A program made the position numbers and the translations under genes. Under the pieces are notes generated by a model that saw only the letters and a list, made by a program, of their open reading frames with translations, was not told the origin of the DNA and did no database searches. From contig JAHFFT010000006.1 in assembly GCA_023247795.1 (NCBI GenBank), forward strand, positions 4,664-68,663: a stretch of DNA of 64,000 nucleotides, read 5' to 3'. This stretch comes from Candidatus Omnitrophota bacterium (GTDB lineage: Bacteria; Omnitrophota; Gorgyraeia; Zapsychrales; JANLHA01). Below are positions 22,601 through 30,901 of the stretch, in pieces. The stretch's first letter is position 1. Each line of letters starts with the position of its first letter.

Positions 22601-22906
22601 CAAGAGGCCTTGCAACGAGGGAAACTGCAATCGGTCGCGCAATTGCGTGAGGCGGTTGTGCATGGCGCGGTGCGCCGGGTGCGTCCGAAAATGATGACGG
22701 TCATGGCCGCCTTATTGGGTTTGCTGCCCATCATGTTTTCTCACGGCGCCGGAGCCGATGTCATGCAGCGCATTGCGGCACCCATGGTGGGTGGACTGAT
22801 CAGTTCTTTTGGCCTGGAACTGTTGGTTTATCCGGCGATTTTTTATCTTTGGAAAGGACGCGGTTTTTCGACAGAAGGGAGGAGCGTCAAAGAAAAGAAT
22901 TTTTGA
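19691..22906 (+). CDS. cusA: CusA/SilA-family Cu/Ag efflux RND permease
   Basis: LDAIPDLSDTQVI, VEDQVTYP, GSEFMPPL, DPAPLSM, PIKNRIDMLSTG, RVRPKMMT. Confidence 0.95.
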   Translation: MIEKMIDLCARQKFLVLIFLFAAIVASVWAVKNIPLDAIPDLSDTQVIIYSRWDRSPDLVEDQVTYPIVSALLGAPGVKAIRGFSDFGFSYVYVIFKDGTDLYWARSRVLEYLSKITSRLPEGVKTELGPDATGVGWVLQYALVDKSGKHDLGDLRSFQDWHLRYWLQAVPGVAEVASAGGFVKQYQITVDPRKLLAYHIPITKVIEAVRQGNQETGGRLVEFTGAEYMIRGHGYVKSIEDLERIGLGADVNGTPIIVKDVARVVLGGDIRRGVLDLNGQGDVVGGTIVMRQGENALKVIDAVKAKFKAIEPSLPAGVKIEITYDRSDLILRAMEHLKKQLLEEMLIVSLVILVFLWHLPSAFIPIVTIPVAVLISFIPLLGMKLTSNIMSLAGIAISIGILVDGAIVQMENVYKRLEEWEANGRREQQRDVVLRALKEVAPSVFFALLVIAVSFLPIFTLLDQEGRLFKPLAWSKTFVMAIAAVLVVTLNPVLRLLFTRTKPFTGRPRWFMKLANGLFIGRYYPEEKHPISRVLFSVYEPVCRFVLKHAKATIVAALLLVASTVPIVLRLGSEFMPPLWEGQILYMPITMPGISVAEAQKLLQEQDRILKSFPEVDKVFGKAGRVGSATDPAPLSMMETVVLLKPEKEWRRVKGQRITHEELIAEMDKALKISGTTNAWTMPIKNRIDMLSTGVRTPIGIKVLGSDLKVIDQIGRELELLLKDVPGTRSVFAERTQGGYFLDFDLKRDQLARYQLSVADAQMTIQSAIGGENITTTVEGRERYGVQVRYPRAFRDDVDQLSRVLIATPSGAQIAIGQVADIVVRTGPSMIRNENGLLAGYVYVDVAGRDIGTYVEEAKKKVREQLKLPEAYSLVWSGQYENMLRVRERLKVVVPFTLFIIALLLYFNTKSWVKTGIVLLAVPFSLVGAFWLLWMLGYNLSIAVWVGMIALMGLDAETGVLMLLFLDLAYQEALQRGKLQSVAQLREAVVHGAVRRVRPKMMTVMAALLGLLPIMFSHGAGADVMQRIAAPMVGGLISSFGLELLVYPAIFYLWKGRGFSTEGRSVKEKNF

Positions 22907-22989
22907 CAAGAACTGTTTGATTTTATTTCCTGTGGTATACTGGTTTGAGTTAGGATATTTAACAAATATTAACTTTAGGAGGAGAAGAC

Positions 22990-23280
22990 ATGAAAGCCAA
23001 GTTAACTTTTTTAAGCGTTTTGCTGTTGGTGTTGTTGTGCGCACCGGCATTTGCCCAATATGCTACCCCGCCGGCAGCGGATGCGGGTCCGGCTGCGGCA
23101 GAGCCAGTCAATGTGGGTAATAAATTTTGTCCGATCTCCGGCAAACCGATTGGTACGATGGGCGAGACCAAGGTGGTCGAGTATAAAGGGAAGGCCTATA
23201 ATTTATGCTGCCCGATGTGCGAAAAGGATTTCAATGCCGACCCGGAAAAATATATTAAAATATTGGAAGAAACTAAGTAA
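22990..23280 (+). CDS. Exported YHS/TRASH-type metal-binding protein
   Basis: Signal peptide; NKFCPISG...YKGKAYNLCCPMCEKDFNADPEKY. Confidence 0.85.
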   Translation: MKAKLTFLSVLLLVLLCAPAFAQYATPPAADAGPAAAEPVNVGNKFCPISGKPIGTMGETKVVEYKGKAYNLCCPMCEKDFNADPEKYIKILEETK

Positions 23281-23328
23281 CGGTTTGTCGTCAGTTCCAG
23301 TCGAGTTTGCAAAATATGATGGGAGAAT

Positions 23329-23775
23329 ATGAAGGTCATTGAAGAATTCTTCGAGGAATTTTTTCCTCATTTGCATCCCATGCTGGTGCATTTTCCGATT
23401 GCCTTATTCGTGACGGCGCTGATATTAGAAATCAGCGCCGTTCTTTTTAAAAAAGAAAATTTGCATAAAAGTGCCTTAACGATTTTTACGATAGGAACGT
23501 TGATGACCCCGTTTGTTGTTCAATCCGGCCTTTGGCAGGCAGAAGACCTGCATTTGGATCATCCGCTTTTGGATCAACATCGGCAGTTTGCCTATTTGAC
23601 GATGTGGGGTTCGTTGATCGCGTTGACGGGTGTCATTGTTTTGAAGAATACGTTCGCGAAATACGCTCGGATCTTTTTTTTGGCGAGCCTGCTGGTGATT
23701 GTTGGACTGGTTGCCTTGACCGCTGACCGCGGCGGAGACATGGTCTTTGAGTATGGTGTGGGTGTGGAAAAGTAA
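23329..23775 (+). CDS. DUF2231-type membrane protein
   Basis: HPMLVHFPIAL motif, four TM segments, GGDMVFEYGVG. Confidence 0.82.
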   Translation: MKVIEEFFEEFFPHLHPMLVHFPIALFVTALILEISAVLFKKENLHKSALTIFTIGTLMTPFVVQSGLWQAEDLHLDHPLLDQHRQFAYLTMWGSLIALTGVIVLKNTFAKYARIFFLASLLVIVGLVALTADRGGDMVFEYGVGVEK

Positions 23776-23931
23776 CAAGTCCCAAGCGACATGTCTCAAG
23801 TTGAGAATGACATGTGACTTGTAACTTGAGACGTGAGACTAAATTAACAGGGACAGCCCCCACTGGATAGTCCCAAGCGACATGTCCCAAGTTGAGAATG
23901 AGATGCGACTTGTAACTTGAGACTTGAGACA
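23770..23931. repeat. Two heptamer palindromic elements joined by GGGACAGCCCCCACTGGATA
   Basis: Copies at 23770-23840 and about 23869-23931, near-identical to 17793-17863. Confidence 0.85.
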
Positions 23932-23959
23932 AGATTAACAAAGAGAGTCCTTACAGTAC

Positions 23960-24979
23960 ATGATTGATGTTAAGTTTTATGAGGCCTTTAAAGAAGAAAC
24001 GGCCCTCCTTAAAAAATATCTCCCCAAAAAAATCAAGGTAGCCTACACCGAGCAAACCATTCAGGAAAGCACTGATCGGGTCTGCCCAGCGAAACTGATC
24101 AGTGTCCGTACTCAATCGCGGATTCCCGTTGCCTGGAGTAGGGGTCTCGACGGCATTTTAACCCGCAGCATGGGCTTTGATCATCTGGCACGTTATTGCC
24201 AGGCAGCTAAAAGAACGATTTCCTGCGGTTATCTTCCTGGGTATTGTGACCGAGCCGTCGCTGAGCAAGCGATCATGTTGATGATGGCCTTGCTGCGCAA
24301 ACTTCCGCGGCAGATGAAAAATTTTAAAACGTTCAAACGCGATGATCTCACCGGTCAGGAATGCCGTGATCGGAAATTGTTGGTTGTTGGTGTGGGTCGC
24401 ATTGGCGCCGAGATTGTTAACATCGCCAAGGGTCTGCGGATGCGGGTCAAAGGCGTCGACATCGTGGCACGCTTTAAGGATGTTGAATATGTGTCGTTGG
24501 CCAAAGGCCTGGCTTGGGCGCAGATTGTTGTTTGCGCTCTGCCCTTAACTGAAGAGACGGCCGGTTTGCTCAATGGCAAGGCGTTTGCTAAGGTCCAAGA
24601 ATCGATCGTGTTCATCAATATTTCTCGAGGAGAAGTGGCGCCAGTCAAAGACTTGAAAAAGATGTTGGAGGAAAATAAGCTTTCCGGATTGGCCATGGAC
24701 GTTTTTGAAGCGGAAGATGTTTTGGCGGAAGATTTTCGTCGTCGAGGTGACAGCAAGAAGGAAAGCGTTAAGGTGATTAAGGGATTGCTGACGCGCGATA
24801 ATGTGATTTTGACCCCACACAATGCTTTTAACACGGTTGAAGCGGTTGAGCGCAAGGCGCGGGAAAGTGTCGATGCGGTTGTTCAGTTTTTAAAAGGCAA
24901 GTCCTTTCCGCATCCACTTCCCCCCTCCCTAGCCCTCCCCGCCAGCCCCGCCATAGGCGGGGCAAGGGGGAGGGAATAA
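23960..24979 (+). CDS. D-isomer-specific 2-hydroxyacid dehydrogenase (D-LDH-like)
   Basis: RSMGFDH, AVAE, GVGRIG, INISRG, DVFEAE, ILTPHNAF. Confidence 0.9.
   Translation: MIDVKFYEAFKEETALLKKYLPKKIKVAYTEQTIQESTDRVCPAKLISVRTQSRIPVAWSRGLDGILTRSMGFDHLARYCQAAKRTISCGYLPGYCDRAVAEQAIMLMMALLRKLPRQMKNFKTFKRDDLTGQECRDRKLLVVGVGRIGAEIVNIAKGLRMRVKGVDIVARFKDVEYVSLAKGLAWAQIVVCALPLTEETAGLLNGKAFAKVQESIVFINISRGEVAPVKDLKKMLEENKLSGLAMDVFEAEDVLAEDFRRRGDSKKESVKVIKGLLTRDNVILTPHNAFNTVEAVERKARESVDAVVQFLKGKSFPHPLPPSLALPASPAIGGARGRE
24918..24976. repeat. Nested palindromic repeat (CCCTCCCC...GGGGAGGG enclosing CCCCGCC-ATA-GGCGGGGCAAG)
   Basis: The outer arms recur at 40896-40961. The inner hairpin recurs in the tRNA-Glu repeat units. 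Confidence 0.75.
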
Positions 24980-25055
24980 ATGGTCGTTGCAATTTAAGTA
25001 TCGGTCATTAGAATAGAAAATATCTGTGATTGAAAACCTACTGAGGAGGAAAGCG

Positions 25056-25712
25056 ATGTTAAAAATTTATGGAGCGGATTTATCGACGCCGGCGAATAAG
25101 GTTCGGTTTGTGGCGAACGCGCTAGGATTGAAGTACGAGTATATCCGGATCAGCATCCGTGAAAAGGAAAATCAAAAGCCCGAATATTTGAAGATCCATC
25201 CGGCCGGCAAGATTCCTGCAATCAACGACGACGGATTTATCCTGTTTGAAAGCAACGCGATCATTCGCTATCTCACCTGCAAGCAAAAATCCGATCTGTA
25301 TCCGCAGGACTTGAAACAGCGCAGCCTGATTGATCAATGGATGGATTTTGCATCGCTGCATGTTGCCGCGGCTATGAACAAGGTGGTTTTCAATCGATTG
25401 TTTGCTCCGGTCATCGGCGTTCCCGTCGATGAACAGTCGTTGAATGACGGCTTGAAGTTTTTGCACAGATTTTTACCGGTTGTGGATAACCAGGTTGGCA
25501 AGGAAGGGCTTTTTGCGGGCAAGGACCTGTCTTTGGCGGATTTCAGTTTGTTGGCCGCGTTGGATGCCGCGGATGTCGTGCAAATTGACTTGGCCGCACA
25601 CAAAAATATCGTGAAATGGCGCAATACCATGCAGCAAAAAGATTTTTATACCAAATGTTATCGAAATTACGGCGAAGTGTTGCAGAAGATGATGGCGGCC
25701 GCGCCTAAATAA
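25056..25712 (+). CDS. Glutathione S-transferase family protein
   Basis: HPAGKIPAI, LFESNAIIRYL, DLSLAD. Start moved to the ATG after GAGGAGG. Confidence 0.92.
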   Translation: MLKIYGADLSTPANKVRFVANALGLKYEYIRISIREKENQKPEYLKIHPAGKIPAINDDGFILFESNAIIRYLTCKQKSDLYPQDLKQRSLIDQWMDFASLHVAAAMNKVVFNRLFAPVIGVPVDEQSLNDGLKFLHRFLPVVDNQVGKEGLFAGKDLSLADFSLLAALDAADVVQIDLAAHKNIVKWRNTMQQKDFYTKCYRNYGEVLQKMMAAAPK

Positions 25713-25717
25713 GGAAT

Positions 25718-25835
25718 GGGGACAGTCCCTAAGGGGACAGCCCCCACTGGATATACAAGTCCCAAGCTGCAAGTTTCAAGTTGAAAATGACCTGTAACTT
25801 GTAACTTGAGACATGAGACTTGTGACATGAGACAT
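25718..25835. repeat. GGGGACAGTCCC doublet plus heptamer palindromic element
   Basis: GGGGACAGTCCCTAAGGGGACAGCCCCCACTGGATA followed by AAGTCCC AAGCTGC AAGTTTC ... TTGTAAC TTGAGAC ATGAGAC. Confidence 0.85.
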
Positions 25836-26642
25836 ATGAAAGTAGCCGCTGTACAGCTTAACGCTCAGGACGATAAGGAACAAAATCTCAAACAGGCTTT
25901 TGCGTTGGTCCATCAGGCTGCCCAAGCCAAGGCCGAGCTGATTGCCTTGCCCGAGGTTTTTCATTTCCGCGGAAAAGTTCCGCAAGAACAACTTTATCAG
26001 CAAATCGCGGAAAATATCCCTGGCAGGTCAACGACCCCTTTTTTACAACTCGCCCGCGATAAGAAGGTTTATATCCTTTTAGGCTCGATCTACGAGTGGC
26101 GTAAGAAAAAAAATAAAATCAGCAATACGTCGATTTTGATTGATCCTCGGGGAAAAATTTTGGCCCGCTATCGAAAAATACATTTGTTTGACGCGGTGGT
26201 TAATAAAAAAGTCATCCGTGAATCAAAGAATTTTCTTCCTGGCCGTCAATTGGCGATGGCTAAGGTCAAAAATTTTAATTTGGGATTGACGATTTGCTAT
26301 GATTTGCGTTTTTCTAATCTTTATCGACGGTATTCTCAAAAGGGCTGTGACATCATCGCGGTCCCGTCGTCATTTACCAAAAAGACCGGCACCGCGCATT
26401 GGGAAATATTGCTGAGGGCCCGGGCCATCGAAACCTTAAGCTATGTGATTGCCCCGAATCAGGTCGGAAAAGATCGACGAGGAATCGAGACTTACGGGCA
26501 CAGCATGATTGTCAGCCCCTGGGGTGAGATTTTGGCCAAGGCCTCGGCGGACAAAACGGAAATCATTTATGCCGAGTTAAAAAAAAGTTACGTTGAAGAG
26601 GTGCGAAAAATTTTTTTAAACAGGAGGCGTCGTTATGAGTAA
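25836..26642 (+). CDS. Carbon-nitrogen hydrolase (Nit1/deaminated-glutathione amidase-like)
   Basis: [11 protein letters not shown] and ICYDLRF (E-K-C triad); [13 protein letters not shown]; [11 protein letters not shown]. Start moved to the ATG at 25836. Confidence 0.9.
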   Translation: MKVAAVQLNAQDDKEQNLKQAFALVHQAAQAKAELIALPEVFHFRGKVPQEQLYQQIAENIPGRSTTPFLQLARDKKVYILLGSIYEWRKKKNKISNTSILIDPRGKILARYRKIHLFDAVVNKKVIRESKNFLPGRQLAMAKVKNFNLGLTICYDLRFSNLYRRYSQKGCDIIAVPSSFTKKTGTAHWEILLRARAIETLSYVIAPNQVGKDRRGIETYGHSMIVSPWGEILAKASADKTEIIYAELKKSYVEEVRKIFLNRRRRYE

Positions 26643-27618
26643 AAATGTTCGTGTGGCGGTCACTGGAGCGGCCGGACAAATCGGCTATGCCTTGCTTTTT
26701 CGCATTGCCGCCGGAGAAATGTTTGGAAAAGACACCGAAGTCCATCTGCAGCTCTTGGAGCTTGAGCAAGCGCTCCCGGCCTTAAAGGGAGTGGTCATGG
26801 AACTGGATGACGGTGCTTTCCCATTGCTTAAGTCCGTCGCTATGGCCGCTGACCCCAACGTGGCTTTTAAGGATGTTGATTGGGCGCTCTTAGTCGGCAG
26901 TGTCCCGCGTAAGGCCGGGATGGAACGGTCGGATTTGCTCAAGATCAACGGCGGGATTTTTATTCAGCAGGGCAAGGCGCTCGATCAATACGCGAAGCCG
27001 AATGCCCGTGTCTTGGTTGTTGGGAATCCCTGCAATACCAACGCGTATATTGCCAAGGCGGTTTGCCGAAAAATTCCGGCTAAGAATTTTTTTGCCATGA
27101 CCATGCTGGACCAGAACCGGGCCTTGACCCAATTGGCAAAAAAGGCTGGCTGCGACGTCGCCGCGGTCAAGAATTTGGCGGTCTGGGGGAACCACTCCTC
27201 GACACAGTACCCGGATTTTTTTCACGCGACGATCAATAAGAAACCGGTCACAGAAGTCATTCGCGACGAGGCTTGGCTTAAGGGAGAATTCTTGGAAATC
27301 ATTCAGAAGCGGGGAGCGGCCATCATCACCGCCCGAGGCGCCTCCTCAGCCGGCTCAGCGGCCAACGCGATCATCGATACGGTCCGAAATCTTATAACCT
27401 CAACCCCCAAAGGCGAATTTTTTTCCGTCGCGGTCTCTTCCGATGGAAGTTATGGGATCGACAAGGGAGTCATGTTCGGGTTTCCGATCATTTCCGACGG
27501 AGAAAATTGGCAGGTGGTTAAAAACATTTCCCACAATGATTTTTCCAAAGCCAAGGTGCAAGCGACTTATCAAGAATTGCTTTCCGAGCGGGAGGCTGTT
27601 GACGGCCTCATCCATTAA
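26635..27618 (+). CDS. mdh: Malate dehydrogenase (type 2)
   Basis: [44 protein letters not shown]. Confidence 0.96.
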   Translation: MSKNVRVAVTGAAGQIGYALLFRIAAGEMFGKDTEVHLQLLELEQALPALKGVVMELDDGAFPLLKSVAMAADPNVAFKDVDWALLVGSVPRKAGMERSDLLKINGGIFIQQGKALDQYAKPNARVLVVGNPCNTNAYIAKAVCRKIPAKNFFAMTMLDQNRALTQLAKKAGCDVAAVKNLAVWGNHSSTQYPDFFHATINKKPVTEVIRDEAWLKGEFLEIIQKRGAAIITARGASSAGSAANAIIDTVRNLITSTPKGEFFSVAVSSDGSYGIDKGVMFGFPIISDGENWQVVKNISHNDFSKAKVQATYQELLSEREAVDGLIH

Positions 27619-27669
27619 CGGAGAGCGGAGTCATCCGTCAAGAATTGATTTCACGAAGCACTGGTGCGT

Positions 27670-28749
27670 ATGCCGATTCGGGAAAAAATCGAATACGAAG
27701 TTGATCCGCAGAATCGTCTGGTCTTGAAAAAATCCGGCCAGCGTTCCAATGTCGCCAAATTCCGAAAGGTCTTGGACGGCCGCTTCGCGATCGATGAGAA
27801 GAATGCCCTTTCCTATCACGTTGACGTACCCGCCGATTCAGAAGACCCCAAAACGATCAAATTGTCTGGTGTTTGGGCCTTGGATCAAAACCACAATCTG
27901 AATTTGGTTTTGGACCAATCCGACCAACAGATTGATGGGAAAAAACTGACGATCTCGGGAGAATGGGTGGATGTCAGCGACAATCAACTGCTCTTCGCGG
28001 TCACAACAAAAGAGTCGGCCAACCGGCTGCGGACTTATTTATTGAATTTTTCTGGACGCTGGCATGCCGATGAGCATAACCAGCTCAGTTTTAAGATCGA
28101 GCAGGAACAAGGATCTAGCAGCCAATTGACTTTTATTGGGAGTTGGGAGCTTGATCGTAAAAATTCCATCACATATACTTTTCAAAATTCCAAATCAGAG
28201 CGAGAACAAAAAGCAGTTAACGCGTTAACCTTCAAAGGCCATTGGGATATTACGCGAAAGGATCGGATTTCTTATGTTCTTAATGAGGTCCAAACTTGCG
28301 GAGTGAAAGCGAACGCAAGTTTGCAGGCCGAATTAACCTCGCAGTCCTCTTGCGGGGTCAATCAAACTTTAGGCTCGCAATTTGATTTTAACGTGGGATG
28401 GGGCAGGATGACGGCCGAGGGCCTGCGGTATGAAGTTTCGATCGGTGCTATACCAGCCAAGAAATCCTTGGTTCTTTTAGGGAAGTGGCAGGTTAACAAA
28501 AACGGTGATCTGTCTTTGGAGCTGGTTTGCGAAGACGGAAAGCCTAAAAGCATCGAATTTGGTTGTTCTTATGACTTTGATCGCGATACCGGCCTTTCCT
28601 TTAAATTGAGCAACCGTTTGGGCGAGGATCTGGGGCTGGAATTGAAATTAACCAAGCGTCTGGCCAAAGACAAAGGCGAAATTTTTTTGAAAGGAGACCT
28701 GTCAAAAAAGGAAATGGCTGTCAGCCTTGGGGCGGGGATATTGTGGTAA
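27670..28749 (+). CDS. Hypothetical beta-strand-rich protein with internal G-x-W repeats
   Basis: Repeated L-x-G-x-W...N-x-L pattern (SGVW, SGEW, SGRW, IGSW, KGHW, LGKW) and a C-terminal Trp. Confidence 0.75.
   Translation: MPIREKIEYEVDPQNRLVLKKSGQRSNVAKFRKVLDGRFAIDEKNALSYHVDVPADSEDPKTIKLSGVWALDQNHNLNLVLDQSDQQIDGKKLTISGEWVDVSDNQLLFAVTTKESANRLRTYLLNFSGRWHADEHNQLSFKIEQEQGSSSQLTFIGSWELDRKNSITYTFQNSKSEREQKAVNALTFKGHWDITRKDRISYVLNEVQTCGVKANASLQAELTSQSSCGVNQTLGSQFDFNVGWGRMTAEGLRYEVSIGAIPAKKSLVLLGKWQVNKNGDLSLELVCEDGKPKSIEFGCSYDFDRDTGLSFKLSNRLGEDLGLELKLTKRLAKDKGEIFLKGDLSKKEMAVSLGAGILW
28285..28362 (+). repeat. 78-bp two-hairpin element inserted in frame in the CDS
   Basis: CAAACTTGCG-GAGTGAAAGCGAA-CGCAAGTTTG followed by ACCTCGCA...TGCGGGGT; homologue at 48977-49053. 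Confidence 0.8.
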
Positions 28750-29023
28750 ATGCTTTATCTCGAATCCGTTAAAGTAGTTTTGCCGGAAAGTGAATATTTT
28801 GAAATTTAAATGAGAAATTTCCTGTTTTGTACTTGTTTTTTGGATTTTCAGCGTATATACTTTACTGTATCTTATTCTAATTAAAGGGCATTTTCAGTGT
28901 TTGGCAAGGTTCTCAGGGTTGTCGGGGGGCTGGTTGGGGAAAATCAAATTCTATCTGAAAAGCAATCCTTTAAGCAAACGATAAAAGCTTCGTGGTTCGC
29001 TACTTTTAGAGAAAGGGGTATTT

Positions 29024-30028
29024 GTGCAACATAGACCAGCGCTGTTTTTGACGATAATCGGAGTTTTTCTTTTAGGAGGGCTGACTGGGTGCGATAAAAT
29101 TTCGGTAGTAACAAATTATTTTAAGCAAAAAGTATCGTCGACGAAATCGGAAAAAGAACAACCGGTCGCGGATAAGCCGGTTCCAGCAGAAGTCTCCCCT
29201 GTAATAATCCCGCCCGCAGGTGAAAATAAAGAGCAGGCCACAACTTCACCCACAACTTCAACGGAAGCCAAATCAGATGTCTTAGCCAAAGTGGGCAATT
29301 GGTCAATCACGTTGGAAGAATTTAAAAAGCGTCTTAACGCGCTAAAAGAGATGGCCCCCGAATACAATACGGCGGATGTTGAGCAAAATAAATTGATTTT
29401 AAACGAAGTGGTCAATCAACAACTGCTGGCACAAGAAGCAGATCGTTTGGGCCTCGGACAAAAAGAAGAAGTGGTCCAGGCGGTCAAGGAATTTCGGCAG
29501 ACGGTATTGATCAGGGCTTTGGGCGCACAGTTGACCGAAGGGGTAGCGGCGACCAAGGAAGAGGCGGAAGAATATTACAATACCAATAAAAAAGATTTTG
29601 TGAAGCCCGCGCAATGGAAATTGCGGGAGATTGTCGTCGATAACGAAGCTGATGCCAAAGACATTTTGATCGAACTTTTAAAAGGCACGGACTTCGCGCC
29701 GATGGCGCAGACGCGTTCGAAGGGCAAGACCGCGGCCCAGGGCGGTGAGTTGGAAATGATCAGCGAATTCCAATCAGAGCCGTTGCAAAACGCGGTGAGC
29801 GGATTAGGAAAGGGCGATGTTTCACACGTTTTTAAAGGAGCGGACGGTTATACCATCGTTAAGGTTGATGATAAAATTGGCGGGGAGCAGGTTGAGTTTT
29901 CGGAGGTGGCCAATGATCTGCAAATGCAGTTGACGGGTTTGAAGCAGCAGCAGAAGGTTATGCAGTATATTGAGGACCTGCGAAGTAAGGCCTCGATTGA
30001 CATCAATGCGAAACTTTTAGAGGAGTAG
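29024..30028 (+). CDS. PpiC/SurA-type peptidyl-prolyl isomerase lipoprotein
   Basis: Lipobox LTGC; LAKVGNWSIT; DFAPMAQTRS...GGEL; first gene of the Tad operon. Confidence 0.85.
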   Translation: MQHRPALFLTIIGVFLLGGLTGCDKISVVTNYFKQKVSSTKSEKEQPVADKPVPAEVSPVIIPPAGENKEQATTSPTTSTEAKSDVLAKVGNWSITLEEFKKRLNALKEMAPEYNTADVEQNKLILNEVVNQQLLAQEADRLGLGQKEEVVQAVKEFRQTVLIRALGAQLTEGVAATKEEAEEYYNTNKKDFVKPAQWKLREIVVDNEADAKDILIELLKGTDFAPMAQTRSKGKTAAQGGELEMISEFQSEPLQNAVSGLGKGDVSHVFKGADGYTIVKVDDKIGGEQVEFSEVANDLQMQLTGLKQQQKVMQYIEDLRSKASIDINAKLLEE

Positions 30029-30032
30029 AGGC

Positions 30033-30821
30033 ATGAATATTGAAAACAAGAAACAAATAGCAATCATTTTGTTAGCGGTTGGATTAGGGCTCGTCGCTGC
30101 TGTTTTAACCGCCAATCATATTCAAGATAGCATCAAAACCGAAACCGCCCGACTTTCCCAGGAATTTGAAAATAAAAAAATGCGGCCGCTTGTCGAAGAG
30201 ATTAAGGATATGCAAGCGGAATTGCAAAAAGTTAAAGACCGGCCGATCCCGCAAATGCCGCAGGTGCAAGCGGCGCTGTCCCTTCCCAAATCCTCGCTGG
30301 CTTTGCGAACACCGGAAGGAAAAAGAGCTTACACGGTTAGGATTGACGCGCTCTCCGCCGTTGGCGGCATGATCAATCCCGGTGACTACGTGGACATCAT
30401 AGCACACATGGATATGCCGGATCCGGTGACGAACGAAAATGAAAAAATTTCCTCGATGATCTTTCAAAACATCCAGGTTCTGGCGGTAGGGGTCAAATTT
30501 CAGGCCCCGGGCGAATATGAAGAGCAGCAGGAAGCCAGGGCGTTGAATATCACCTTCGCGTTATCGCCGGAAGAAGCCAGTTTGCTGTCATTTATTGAGA
30601 AAAACGGCCGGATGCAGCTGGTTTTGCGTCCGCCGGAAGAAACCGCGACCGAGGTCATTCAAGCCGCGAGCTGGAGTTCTTTGGCGGATTATGTTTTTGA
30701 AAAGCAGGGGACTGAGCTGGTGGTTCCCCGTTCTAAAGCGGATATTGAACCGGTGAAATCAGACAAACAAGAAGAGGTCAAGCCCTTTATTCAGATTTTC
30801 CGTGGCGGACAAGCTTTTTAA
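30033..30821 (+). CDS. cpaB: Flp pilus assembly protein CpaB/RcpC
   Basis: PEGKRAYTV...AVGGMINPGDYVDII...QNIQVLAVG...LVLRP. Confidence 0.92.
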   Translation: MNIENKKQIAIILLAVGLGLVAAVLTANHIQDSIKTETARLSQEFENKKMRPLVEEIKDMQAELQKVKDRPIPQMPQVQAALSLPKSSLALRTPEGKRAYTVRIDALSAVGGMINPGDYVDIIAHMDMPDPVTNENEKISSMIFQNIQVLAVGVKFQAPGEYEEQQEARALNITFALSPEEASLLSFIEKNGRMQLVLRPPEETATEVIQAASWSSLADYVFEKQGTELVVPRSKADIEPVKSDKQEEVKPFIQIFRGGQAF

Positions 30822-30901
30822 AAGGTGAATAGTGAAAAGTGAATGGGGAATAGAAAAAACATTCCTTCTTCACCAATTTAACAAAAGGAAGTAAAGACTC
30901 T

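Noticed and set aside
17072-23931. Integrative island at tRNA-Glu carrying the metal efflux genes
   Set aside because: No integrase and no downstream copy of the tRNA 3' end were found.
28285-28362. Hammerhead ribozyme or group II intron domain V
   Set aside because: A GAAA loop is present, but there is no CTGANGA core and no AGC-triad domain V stem.
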